DNA from: Octopus sinensis
Lineage: Eukaryota
Assembly (NCBI RefSeq): GCF_006345805.1
Contig: NC_042998.1
Span: 180,234,001-180,298,000, forward strand
Length of the DNA stretch: 64,000 nucleotides
Direction: 5' to 3'
Shown here: positions 12,171 through 24,784 of the stretch, piece after piece
Layout of the letters: each line of letters opens with the position of its first letter
How positions within the stretch are numbered: position 1 is the first letter of the stretch
The notes under the pieces: model-generated
Databases searched by the model: none
The model's input: the letters and a program-made list of their open reading frames with translations, nothing else
What the model was told of the DNA's origin: nothing
Translations under genes and position numbers: made by a program

Positions 12171-13204
12171 TCAGCTGAAATAAAATAGGAGGAGGTTAAA
12201 ATGAATCCGATTTGTTCCAACTCTTTGTGTTCTGAGTTCAAATCCCTCGAACGTTTGCTTTCCATCCAATATTGATAAAATAAAGCATCAATCAAGTACC
12301 GCGGTAGGTATGATTGGCAGTGCTCTCCAAAATAATTTTAGCAGTGTGCATAAATGATAAATGAGTGACTTTGTTTGATATTGCGAACATGTTCGAGTAA
12401 CTAACAGATTTAGTTGCAAATGATGATTCTTTGAACTTGAATTCCTTTTAAATCTAGATGCTTTATCCTGTAGCTAGATCCCTTAATCATTGTAATGCTG
12501 TAAATAGATGCTTTACCTGTTTAAAATTTAATGTGGGTAGAAATTGAAAGAACTCCAAAGGGGGCTTTTAGTTTTGGGGAAATTCCAGCTAAAGAGCTGA
12601 GTAGAATATTAATAAATTAAGCTTGAAAATTAAATTGAGGTCCCTGTTGTAGTCGACATACAAATCATTCGTTAATATTATAAAGAAAACAAATGAGATA
12701 ATTGAATAATCACAACTGCACATCCCGTGGAATCTCTCATTCTGACGTTGTCAGAGCTTTTGAACTTAGAAAATACGTTGAAAAAGTTGTTGCTTGAAAC
12801 ATTTGAGGTTACCAACAAATTCTAGGAAAAGGAATATAAAAAGGAATGTAAAAATATAAAAAGTAAATAATTAAAAATAAAAATTAAATACAACAAAATG
12901 ACAACTTAGGTAGAGTGACAGTAAATCCCACTAGAATGTGAGTTTATTCGTTCTTCTAGATGAGTATTGAAGGCAGAGTAACCTAGATATTCTTCAGGCC
13001 ATTGAATTGTACCGTAGTTGACAACATGGAATTGGTTAGGCCTTATCAGACTAATTTGATCACAATACACTAGTTTACAACAAATTGTGGTGGATATATT
13101 TGTCTTTTAAATCAATTTTAAGTAAAATATTTAGTTGCAGAAATTAAATTGTCCTGTTGAATGCGGTCTAAGCATTTCTGCTTCGGACATTTGAATATAT
13201 ATAT

Positions 13205-13431
13205 ATTTTTTACTACCCACAAGGGGCTAAACACAGATGTGACAAACAAGGACAGACAAACGGATTAAGTCGATTATATCTACCCAAGTGCGTAACTAGT
13301 ACTTAATTTATCGACCCGAAAGGATGAAAGGCAAAATTGACCGGCGGAATTTGAACTCAGAACTAACGACAGACGAAATACGGCTACGCATTTCGCCCGG
13401 CGTGCTAACATTTCTGCCAGCTCGCCGCCTT
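13205..13431 (-). mobile_element. SINE family B, full length
   Basis: Reverse complement of the family B sequence from ggcggcgagctggc to gtgggtagtaaa. Confidence 0.9.
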
Positions 13432-13815
13432 TTAAATATTGTCGCTGTTGTTTTTTAACCACAGGTCAACCCTTATGAAGCAGACGTATAATGGAATAAA
13501 GATATTTCAGCCATGATTGTCTCGTATATATTTTCCAATTTTTCTACAACTATCGGGCGTGGGTTAGAGGAGATTTGGCTATTTTTCCTAGAAGAATGTG
13601 TGACCGGCTAGATGTTTCCCTCGTTGGTTTGTTCCGAATGTGTTGCTGTTGTTGTTAGACTCGGCTCAGTTCTGAGCGAACAGTATTAAGGTGAATGAAG
13701 TGAAATACATTCCAGCGCTAACTACCCAGTCTTTTTGTATATCAAGGGCTATATTATCTAATATCTCTTTCCTTTTTTAATACTGTAGGATGTGATTTCG
13801 GAGAAATTTGCTACC

Positions 13816-14064
13816 AAGGCGGCGAGCTGGCAGAAATGTTAGCACGCCGGGCGAAATGCTTAACGGTATTTCGTCTGCGTTACGTTGTGAGTTCGAATTC
13901 CGCCGAGGTCGACTTTGCCTTTCATCCTTTCGGGGTCGATAAATTAAGTACCAGTTACGCACTGGGGTCGATGTAATCGACTTAATACCTATGTCTGTCC
14001 TTGTTTGTCCCCTCTGTGTTTAGCCCCTTGTGGGTAATAAAGAAATAGGTATTTCGTCTGCCGC
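13816..14064 (+). mobile_element. SINE family B unit 1 of a tandem array, followed by the LINE's left TSD
   Basis: Full B head and body ending aagaaata, immediately followed by ggtatttcgtctgccgc (14048-14064), which is the internal head sequence of B. Confidence 0.9.
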
Positions 14065-14296
14065 ACATGTGTTCGTGAAGTAAGAATTGCTGTTTCGTGG
14101 TGTTAATATTGTTAACAACTGTTGTTTCTTGTTAAACTGTTGAATAACTTAACTGTTGGAGTTTTCAATTGAAAACACTTAGTGCTTGTGGTAGCACGCG
14201 TTGTTCATTCCCCCTTTCGGGGGAAGAATGTCGTCTAGCATGGAGCCTACCGTTGGAGCAGAAATACTTGTTTCTCCTTGTTGAGAGGAGGAAATA

Positions 14297-15750
14297 CATG
14301 TCCGGCGAGGAGCCAACTACAGACAAGGAAATAGGGGTTTCCCCCGCTACAAGAAGGAATAGCAGAGAGGATAATATATTTGATATTTTTGGAGATGTGT
14401 CTGAGAGCTCGTCAGAACTTTCACCAGAAGAGTTTCCGACTTTGCCAGAGAACAAAGGCATTGTGTCGAAGAGAATAATTGATGTGCCTAGCATCCAGAT
14501 AGAACCAAAAAATGGAAAAAAAAGTTTTGCGTTGGCTGCTGGGGGTGGAACCCAGATACTGTCGACGAATAAAAGCGAAATTATGAAATACAGCAAAATG
14601 ATGGAAATAAATGACAACAGTGTGAAAATTGAACCTCCGCAAAAGTTATTACAGGAAGAAAAGCAAAAAACAATAATTTTCAAAACATATTGTCTACAAA
14701 ATAGAAAAATTGAAAGAATGTCAGAAGAGAAAAGTGCTTAAAGCCAATATTGGGCGACGTAGTATTTCTGAGAAGAGGAAAAAAATTCGGAACGGTGGAA
14801 GTAAGGTTCACCAATAAAGAAATAGCACACAAGAACTCAGTGGAAACGTTGAAAACGAACGACGTGGAGTTAATACCCTATTATATGGGGATGAGGACGT
14901 CGCGAATAAAAATTACAAGGGTCCCGCCAGAGGTCGAACCTATGTGGTTGTTGGCGGCAGTCCTAATCAAAGAGGTAGAAAAAATTACTCTCCTCCAGGC
15001 TACCGCTACGGAAAACCCACGCTGGGATGGTAAAACAATTAATCTTCTCATTCAAGCGGACCCTAAAATAATTCAAACAATTCCTGAGACAATTGAGGTA
15101 GGGGAGGAGAACCTCGTGGTGTTTGTTGAGGGCCGAAAACCTCGATGTTTTTTATGTGGTCAATTAGGCCACATTCGAAGGAACTGCAAGGAAAATGAAG
15201 AAGAGGAGGAAGAGGAGAAAAAAGACAAAGAGGAAGAGATAAAGAAGAAACAGATGAGAAAAAAAACAACAAACAAAAGAAAATACAACCAGCAACCCCC
15301 AGCCGAGAGCGGCGACTACTACAGAACAACGACCAAAAAGACTGCCAGAAGAGAAAAAGAAGAAAAAGGCATAATAGCCGTATACACTAAAGATACTGAG
15401 CTCATGAGAGACATTCAACTCATAAAGACTGTAAAAAAAATTGATAACCTTTCAGAGGAATTTATCAATTACGACATATATGAAGTCTCAAATAAGACTT
15501 ATAGAATTCTACAAAATAAGTACAGAAAGACTGTATCTTCATTGAGATTAGATTTTAACAAGTCGATATTTCATGGATTACCAGCTCCGATCCCGCGAGA
15601 AAAGGAAAGGTGGAGATTCCCCCTCCACCTGATAATTCTGTGTCGGTGGTGAGACGGGATTTTGACAAATCTATTTCCCAAGACCGTCCACCTCCGACCC
15701 TGGATAAAAAAAGGTGGAGGGTCCCCCCTCCACCGGACAATCCTAATTAA
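14297..15750 (+). CDS. Tx1 ORF1 (gag-like nucleic-acid-binding protein), two single-base frameshifts
   Basis: ATG at 14297. Adding one A in the A4 run at 14730-14733 joins ORFs 14169 and 14750 (EKKCLKPILGDVVFLRRG). Zinc knuckle CFLCGQLGHIRRNC. Adding one C in the C5 run at 15619-15623 extends the frame to TAA at 15748-15750 (~485 aa). Confidence 0.8.
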
Positions 15751-15761
15751 ACAGGTAAGTG

Positions 15762-18700
15762 ATGGCTATTCACATTGGTTGTTTAAATGTTCATGGCCTG
15801 TTGTCAAGCTGGAAGCAAGGACGCTTTCTGAATGACATCAGGTCGAGAAATTTGGATGTAATTGTTGCAACGGAAACCCGGGTGAAGGGGCCAAGAGATC
15901 TGCTCCCCCTCCTGAACGGCTACGAGAAATACGTTTCTCCGAGTCGGGCGGGAGGTGGGGGTGGGGTGTTGGTCCTACTAAAAAGAAACCGGGTAGCCGA
16001 GAAAAAGTTGGTTTTTTTCTGACCCAGAAGGCAGGCTGGTCGTTCTCGACTTGACATTCAGTTGTGGCAAGACAATCAGGCTGGTCGCTATTTATGCACC
16101 AAACATTATTGGCCCGCAAACTGAATATTTTCGTGGCCTAGGAAAGTTCCTAGCCACGTCGCATTCACTAGTAGTGTTAGGAGACTCTAATACAATATGT
16201 GCAGCACACACAGATTGTGTTGGCTCAAACTCGAACATGAACAGAAAATGTAACACAGGCTTTCGGGATCTGCTAAGTCAATTTCAGCTAGCAGATCCAT
16301 ATAGGTTGGAGCACCCGAACACTCCACAGTGGACGTGGTCAAATAGTGACGGGTCTACCAGAACATATCTAGATAGGATTTTAATTAGAGAAAAAGATAA
16401 GTCCATAGTTGAGTGTCCACAGTTTTTTCTAGTCAGCTACAGTGACCACAAGATGGTTACCTGTAAACTGACGGTAGATAAGTTGCATAGACAGGGATCT
16501 GGCTACTGGAAACTCAATACGTCCCTTTTGGCGATTGAGGAGTACAGAAAGCGGATCAAGATGTTAATACAGAGGGCATTAACAGGTACCATCATTAATA
16601 ACAAATGGTGGTACGCCCTAAAAAGAGCCATCAAATATGAGTCTATTAGGTTTAGCATAAGTTTAGCTAAGAAGGGACGTAAAATAGGAGATGGTCTAGT
16701 TAAGGAACTAGAAGAAGCCTGGAGGACTGGTAATACAGACCAAGCGGGGTGAAAAGACTGGAGTTAAACCAGCATCTTGAAGCCCACCACATGGGAAGTA
16801 TTACCAGAGCTAAGTTACGTGCAATGGGAAGTGAAGGAATCAAAGCCGCTGGATGGGCCCGAGTGGTGGAAGCTCGGCAAGGAAATAGTTCCTCTATTCG
16901 GTCTTTGACGAATCAAAATGGTGTCTTGATAAACGAACCCGAGAAAATGTGTGAGGTCTTTCGGGAGTACTTCGCCCAGCTGTTCGGGGGTGACGGCGGT
17001 CCTGGTGGTGGGAGAGCCCTCGAGGACTTTCTTACCGGGCTGCCGTGCCTCTCGGGGTCGGATGCGGAGTCTTGCGAAGGGCCAATCACACTTGAGGAGG
17101 TGATGGAGGCTTTGGCCGATTGTAAAGCGGGTAAGTCACCGGGACTTGATGGTCTTCCGTACGAGCTGTATAAATGTATGCCAGACTTGTTCGGGCAACT
17201 ACTGACTGACGTGTACGCGAACTGGAAACAGAATGGGTTTATCCCCAGATCTGTGCGCCGGGGAGTAGTGACGTTGGTCAGAAAGGACCCGGACAAGGGG
17301 GACGTTCTAGAGAATTTCAGGCCCATCACTCTGTTAAACGCAGAAGTGAAGATTTTGGCCAAGGTTCTAGCAAAAAGGTTGGCGCGTGTCGCGAATGGTA
17401 TAGTCGGGGAGGCACAGACATGTGCCATCCCAGGCAGAACCATTCAGGATACCCTCCATCTTATTCGCTATACCATAGAGAGGTTTGGTAATAAATCTGG
17501 CAAAGGTGGGGCATTGGTGCATTTGGACCAGTCTAAAGCTTTTGATAGGGTTGACCATCGATACCTAGCGACTGTACTTGCGCGGTTTGGCCTGGGCCTT
17601 GGCTTCCTCAGGTGGTTTATCGCTTTGTACCACAACATTGACTCGATAGTTCGGGTGAACGGTTTCCTTTCGAAGCCGTTCTGCATCAGACGCTCGGTTC
17701 GTCAAGGATGTCCGCTTTCACCACTTTTGTATGTGATGGCTCTCGAGCCATTACTGCAAAGGTTGAGTGGCATCCCGAGAGAACCAGGACTAGAGGAGTT
17801 TGTTACGGCTTTCGCGGATGATATCACTATCAGTGTAACCACAGTGGTACGCCTACGTGAAGTAGGTAAGACTATTGAGGCTTACGAGGAGGTAGCAGGA
17901 GCAAAGATTAACCGGGAAAAGTCGGTCGGCTTGCAGCTCGGCACCTGGGTTGGCAAGTCGATGCCTTCAGACAGTGTTGTTAGGCGCTGGACGGAGGGAC
18001 CGGTTAAGTTGCTGGGAGTCTGGTTTGGACCAGGCCTCCAGATAGAGAAGAACTGGACGGAGGTATTGAGCAGGGTGGCTGCAGTAGTCAAGACTTGGTC
18101 TTGGCGGTGGCTATCCCTGAAAGGGAGGGCGGAAGTGGCCAATGTGTTTATCGCATCGGTCATTACCTACCGCCTGACTGTCGTGCCCTGTCCGGATTCG
18201 TGGTTGATCAGGTTGGAGAGACAGCTCTTTCGCTTTTTGTGGAAGGGCAGGTCGCCACTTGTGAAACGCTCTGTCTGCTGTCAAAAGCCTTTAAATGGAG
18301 GTTTAGGGATGCCTTGGTTAATGATGCGCAGACATGCGTTGAGGTTGAGGCACCTCTGGATTCTCCTGGATAGTGAACGGGTGTGGTCTCCGCTGGCCAG
18401 ACAAATGTTCCCTGAGTTCAAGAGTTTTTGCGAACAGGAAGCCTGGTGTTCTCGTAGACCGAGGTCGAGTGAGTGGCATAAAGAGTGCCGTAAGGCCCTC
18501 TTGCTGTTCCGTTCGCGCGCTCGGGCAACGCCAGCGGTGGGGGTTCCACACGGATTTTATATAGTGGGTTGGTAGAGTCTGAATGCGACGATGGCCTGGG
18601 GTCGACTCTAGGTCTCGGATTTATTCAACTGACAGCTTGTTTCATCGTACATTCGGGTTGAGAACGTTGGACAACTTCCAAAAGTCCTTAACCTGGCAAT

Positions 18701-19210
18701 GCTACAGAGGTGCCTTGCCCGTTTGGGATAAGCTCGCAAGACATGGTAAACGTCAGTCGCCGACCTGTCCAAGATGCGGTGGGGACAGGGAAACCGTCCC
18801 TCACGCTATTGTTCAGTGTCCGGAGATAACTGAAATGTGGGCTTATGCTGAACATCTGTTGTCCGGCGAAGGAAGAGTACGGCTGTCGACTGAGTCAATT
18901 ATAAAAATTGACCCACCGGGAGTTCTAACGAACGAAGGTAAGAATTGTTTTCTCACGGTTGTAGCAATAGCAAAAGAGGTTGTATGGAATACTAGGATAA
19001 AGGAATTAAGACAGGCAACTTTATCTCTGGTGACAATTTACGATCCTTTTTTTCTTTTCATTTGAAAAGAAAACTGTGGCTGGAGAAGAGGTGTCTGTCA
19101 GAGTGTACGTTCCAAAAAGATGGAAGTATGTTGCACGAGTGTTGTTGCGTGCAAGGAACCGTGTGAATAGACGAGGAAAAAAAAGGAAAAATAAAAGGTA
19201 TCAGCGGTAG
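15762..19210 (+). CDS. Tx1 ORF2: APE endonuclease + reverse transcriptase + C-terminal CCHC, about six single-base frameshifts
   Basis: APE motifs GCLNVHGL, VATET, AIYAPN, VLGDSN, YLDRIL, SDHKMV, GYWKLN. RT motifs KSPGLDG, FRPITLLN, LDQSKAFDRVDH, VRQGCPLSP, FADD. C-terminal CPRCGGDRETVPHAIVQC. Fragments 15759, 16051, 16749 and 18583 join by +/-1 indels. The exact stop depends on the reconstruction. Confidence 0.9.
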
Positions 19211-19407
19211 ATCGGGGCTTGTGGGATCGGAGCGTAACTTGATCATCGCTTCATTTGTATTGTTTTTGTACTGTGTATTCCATTCGATTTTTATGTATTG
19301 TATTTTATTTTTGATGTCACATTTATGTAAAATCATATCGATTCACTGATCCCATCAGTTGTACTGTCCATATCTATGTTTGGCCCCCGGTGGGCAATAA
19401 AGAAATT

Positions 19408-19591
19408 GGTATTTCGTCTGCCGCTACGTTCTGAGTTCAAATTCCGCTGAGGTCGACTTTGCCTTTCATCCTTTCGGGGTCGATTAAATAAGTACCAGTT
19501 ACGCACTGGGGTCGATATAATCGACTTAAACCGTTTGTCTGTCCTTGTTTGTTCTCTCTGTGTTTAGCCCCTTGTGGGTAGTAAAGAAATA
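19408..19591 (+). mobile_element. Remainder of the SINE family B copy interrupted by the LINE
   Basis: Right TSD continues tacgttctgagttcaaattccgc (box B)...gccccttgtgggtagtaaagaaata, then ggtat. Confidence 0.9.
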
Positions 19592-22149
19592 GGTATGGCA
19601 AATACTCATAGAGGTCATATTTTAGAGTAGCAGTGGGTAGTTAAAGTGATATGATTTATGATCCCAACTTATCACAATTTCACAAAATTTTACCTGCTTA
19701 ATTTAAAACAGATTTAAAAGTTAATTATTCTTTGTTTGTGTAAATATCCTAGGTATATCGAACAATATAGATTTGAAGACATTGTTCTGGCAGTAAATAT
19801 ATTCGATCCCTTAAGTAATTTCTTGAGGATAAGCGATAAACATTGGAATGATTCATGTTAAACGCGCAGATTAAAATATTCTCTGTTGGTTTTATAGAAC
19901 AGGCGATCAATGTTAGGTTAACGTAGAATTTAATTAAAACTTGACCAGTATTTTGAAAACGAAATAGTAGAATATAAGGTAAAAGATTGTACAAAATAAT
20001 AATACAAAATGGCATAAAGCGTTAGATAACTTTAGATGTGTACAAAATCATTGAAAAGATCCCTTTGCTCCATACTTAATTATGATTACCATATTAAAGT
20101 TCCGGTTGGTATGATATCGCTCAACAACGCAGTAAACATTTAAAACATGGACGATCTCTTTCCTCACACTATATTTTGTATTCGCACCAGACTAAGTTCC
20201 TCTGTCTCTTGGAACTGGCCGGAAGGATTCCTGCTAATTCCACTTCTACTCGCCCAACATATTCGTCTCTCCTCTTCTTTCTACCTATATTGTTCTTTTC
20301 ACCTACGTCAGACCCTGCACTGGTCCTTTCACACAATTGTTTCCCTTCCAGAACGTTATATCGCGATGTGTTCTTCACTGTCCTTGTTTATCCTGAGGTC
20401 GTTGACCTGAAGTCGTTCACGAACATCAACAACATTGTTTAAACAGGGTTTGAAATAGAACCAGCGAAGTCTATTGACCTAAGCGTTTTCTCAGTCTAAA
20501 ATATTTTAAAAGTCAACGATAGTAAACGCAAATTTAATCTTTAATACCTTTGGCGAACACATGTAGGTCATAAATTTCCCATCTACTTCCCTAAGAACCA
20601 CGCGTCTTTCACGCAGTAAAAGAATCGTTATTGTATCCAGTTTATTGGGGTTGAAGCCAATTCATAAAAATTACGCCTTTCAGACATTTCGAAAATAAAA
20701 TCACTCCTTTTCCTTTTCTAAAATTCCACTATTACCAAATACAAAATATTCGTTCCAACAAAAACAAAAACAATAACACATTTTATGTTATTTTTATTGC
20801 TTTCCTCTGTAACAGAATATCTCTCGATTTCACAATGCTTTAGATATAGAGGGAAGTACAAGAATGCTGTAACGTGGTCTATTCCAATGACCTTAATGGT
20901 GTATTCGAATTGAAAAATAAACATCATTAGCCTGGAAGCGAAACGCGATCGCAGTCTTGCGTTGCAGGAATATTTTTCTACTTTATTTGATAACGGTTTT
21001 GGTGGATAAGTGAAAGAGATTACCCAATGACGTTCATAGGGCCTTCGATACCAATTGATAATAGTAAGAATTAACCACAGATCTTAAACCTGGCTCAAAT
21101 ATCTGAAATGAATGAACTCCACTAAAGGCACTCAAGGGCGAGATTGTGGTGCTAAACTGGATGCATGATGTAGATTTTCTCTCTGTTGAATTAACACCAT
21201 TATTTACTAGTCAACAGGAGAGCTCCTATGCATTAGCGAAGCATGTTAGAAGTAGCAATTAATTTATCTTCAATGCAAACATTATCGTCTTATATAAAGA
21301 TGGCCACATTCATCAAAGGAGTTCCAATTTACTAAAAGACTAGATGGACATTATTGAAGTGTCTTTAGCGCATGTTCCACTCCAATTTCTTATAGCCAAT
21401 GTCTAAGCACAACATCGATATTGTTTACATTATTTATTTAATTATTCATTGATTATCTGAAATGGTCAACACGAGCGAATCTCTTGCAAAAACAAAAGTC
21501 GATAAAAAAAGCCTCAATGTAAAGAGAAGGAGCAATTTGATCATGCATTACAGATTCAAGAGTCACAGAGTCACAAATCTAATAATCTGGATACAATAAT
21601 GTTTCATTTACAAAATACAAGTTCATTGTGTTCGCTTACATTCTAAGTTCAAATCCATTTTATGTTTTCCGAGATCTTTGAAATAAGTACCATTTATGAA
21701 CTGAGATAGATCTAATCGATTGTACTTTCCCACCCAATCAGATTACAGGATCCTACACCATGTAGAGGTTCATTTATTAGAGAATGAAAAGGATGGTATT
21801 AGAATAGCAATGTAATTCCTTGAGGTATTTGGTTATGTCTTTACTGTTGTGAGCTCGAAAGTCGGTCTGATTGAGTTTGATAATATATTTAGCAGTTAAG
21901 TAATTGGAAAGTAGAGGACATAGATTTATGATCCTACGACGAGACAATTTGGAACTCAGAGTATATACATAAAGCAGCAACACATACCACGTGGCACCTA
22001 TCCGAATTCTCTGACTCAGTCAATTATTAGAATCAATTTCTACTTCCTTTTATTCTATCCTCGTCTCTCTACATCTATCTCTGTCTCTGCCTTTCTGTTA
22101 CTCTCTTTCTGTCTGTAGCTATCTCTCTCTCTATCTCTCTATCGCTCTC

Positions 22150-22191
<42 letters not shown>

Positions 22192-22192
22192 G

Positions 22193-22383
22193 AATGTTCT
22201 ACAATGCGCGTGGAAAGGGACGTGGGCAACCACTCACAAGAGGGATTTCTCCTGAAATGCATAACAGCCAAGAGAGCAGTACAGGCAAAGGCTTCTCATA
22301 AAAAGTACAAGAATACACAGATGTCACTGGAAGACTCCATGTGCAGTCGAGCATGGAACGAAACTAATAAGAAGAAAACGGCT
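22193..22383 (+). CDS. Candidate internal exon of an unidentified gene
   Basis: A long (CT)n tract ends in CAG at 22190-22192; the 191-nt stretch is open in one frame (CSTMRVERDVGNH...NETNKKKTA) and ends at donor-like GCT|GTGAGT. No recognisable protein family; it could be chance or a LINE remnant. Confidence 0.25.
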
Positions 22384-22415
22384 GTGAGTCAATCCAATGA
22401 ACAATACATAACTTC

Positions 22416-22461
<46 letters not shown>

Positions 22462-22762
22462 TTTGTACGTAAGGTAGAAATCAATGTCTAACATAATATC
22501 AGACGGTGACATAAACACATCGGAGCACCAGTTAAAATTTCGTTTCGGATATATTTTACCTCAGTTTCAGTTCTGATATCTGTTGGGACAAACTGTCGCT
22601 CATATCCCCACCCACCCCCACCCCGGATGGATGAAACAAGTATCAATGAAATATTGATGTGTGGCCTTGTGCCAATGTTAGAAATATGTATTCTTCTTAT
22701 TAATTTGGGTGTTTAGAATTCGAAATTTCATCTCTATTTGAGAAGAACGGAAAAATTGACGA

Positions 22763-22807
<45 letters not shown>

Positions 22808-23171
22808 ATATATATATATATATAATTAGCCATGAATAACATCTAAAATGTGATTTAGTAGAACACCGACGAATTGAATTAATATCGAAAGTTGCCATGA
22901 GATGATAATTTAATTGAGAATAATTGGTTTTGATGTTAGTATTTCGAGAAGTGAAATTATTTTAATTATGCAGGAAGTTACTGATTTGTTTGTTGATTCC
23001 GTTGGAGGAAATAACAGTCTTTGTTGTGGTAGGATATACAAGTTTCAATTATACTTTGCGATGCACGAAGACAATGTTTTTGATTAACAGTATTGTCAGT
23101 AAATAACAATCGTTACATCTATTACTCTGCTAGCTCGTCTATCTGTCAAACTATTCATTTATTCTACCTTC

Positions 23172-23244
<73 letters not shown>

Positions 23245-23269
23245 CCATACACAAACCTATATTCATATA

Positions 23270-23310
<41 letters not shown>

Positions 23311-23778
23311 ACATCCGAAACTAAAAGTACGCATTACCGATTGTAAAATATAGTAATTCTACATTCTATAGCTACACCAAAATCTACGTGAACCCAACAC
23401 GTACAGAGGAACTAGCTATGCTATAAATACACACAGACACACACACACACACACACATATTTGTATTTACGTCTGTGTGTTTCTTTTTTTGTGCGCGTGT
23501 ATAATTAATTAAACTTATAGCTTTGTTCTCACATCAGCAAATGTCTTATTTTCTGCTTAAACATAAGAAAGGCAATTATTCGCCACTTTTCAATGGTGGA
23601 GACGAAATCAGTAGCTGATGAAACATAACAAGTTAGAAATGCGACTACTATGGTCCAATAACCTCATTTCTGGTCCCCTGGTGTGCTATTCATGCATATG
23701 GCACACAAAAGACAATTTTCACCAGACGCACTCTTCGCCGAGGAGCTCTTTGCATATCTGACTATACACGATATCAAA

Positions 23779-23828
<50 letters not shown>

Positions 23829-24181
23829 GCTCAAAGACGAAGAAATTTATAAACATGCAAACACTCTCAAATACATACATAAACACACATACTTAGTACA
23901 AAAATTACTCTCGGTTGCTACTCATAGTTCCGAGTTGTTGAATACTCATAGCAAATTATTTATTCACTCCCAGGTTTTAGAACTCTCCTAGGAAACTGAC
24001 ATTTATTCTAGTATACATCTGATATTAACAGTGCTTTATTTCATTATATTCGGGAGATGTTTTTTCTTACGTCATTATTTCATTCATTTCCTTAATTTGG
24101 TCCTACATCATAATTTTGGCGGATTTTCTATTTTCTGAGCGAGCCACAGTTTTGGCCTTGTAAAGAAAATATTATTTAAAA

Positions 24182-24542
24182 ACGTAGGAGTGGCTGTGTG
24201 GTAAGTAGCTTGCTTAACAACCACAACTCGGGCCGACCAAAGCCTTGTGAATGGATTTGGTAGACGGGAACTGAAAGAAGCCCGTCATATATATGTATAT
24301 ATATATATATGTATGTGTGTGTATATGTTTGTGCGTCTGTGTTTGTACCCCCAACATCGCTTGACAACCGATGCTGGTGTTTACGTCCCCGTAAATTAGC
24401 GGTTCAGCAAAAGGGACCGATAGAATAAGTACTAGGCTTACAAAAAATAAGTCCTGGGGTCGAATTGCGCGACTAAAGTCGGTGCTCCAGTATGGCCGCA
24501 GTCAAATGACTGAAACAAGTAAAAGAGAGTAAAAGAGTAAAC
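24182..24542 (+). mobile_element. SINE family A with internal deletion in the head
   Basis: cgtaggagtggctgtgtggtaag...[box B missing]...ctcgggccgaccaaagcc...tggccgcagtcaaatgactgaaacaagtaaaagag. Confidence 0.85.
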
Positions 24543-24726
24543 AGTATTTCGGCTCCAACCCTTACTTCATGACAATCCTTAAACGAGTTGTGCATGAATA
24601 TTGTTTTTTGAATCAGTGATGAAGTTACTGCATCAGTAAGATTTGCTGAACATTATGGAGACGTGTGTGCCCGGATGAGGTATCAATAAATGTATATACA
24701 TACAAACAATCATGTATGTATGTATA

Positions 24727-24779
<53 letters not shown>

Positions 24780-24784
24780 TCGTG

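Larger units (their letters stand above)
14065..19407 (+). mobile_element. Full-length Tx1-clade (L1 superfamily) non-LTR retrotransposon, 5343 bp, 17-bp TSD
   Basis: Contains a 5' UTR, ORF1 with a CCHC knuckle, ORF2 with APE-RT-CCHC, and a T-rich 3' UTR ending gtgggcaataaagaaatt. TSD ggtatttcgtctgccgc at 14048-14064 and 19408-19424. Confidence 0.93.

Noticed and set aside
13805-13816. atttgctacc on the left of the SINE/LINE array vs ggtatggcaaat on the right, as possible TIRs
   Set aside because: The match is short and imperfect, has no TSD, and is expected by chance.
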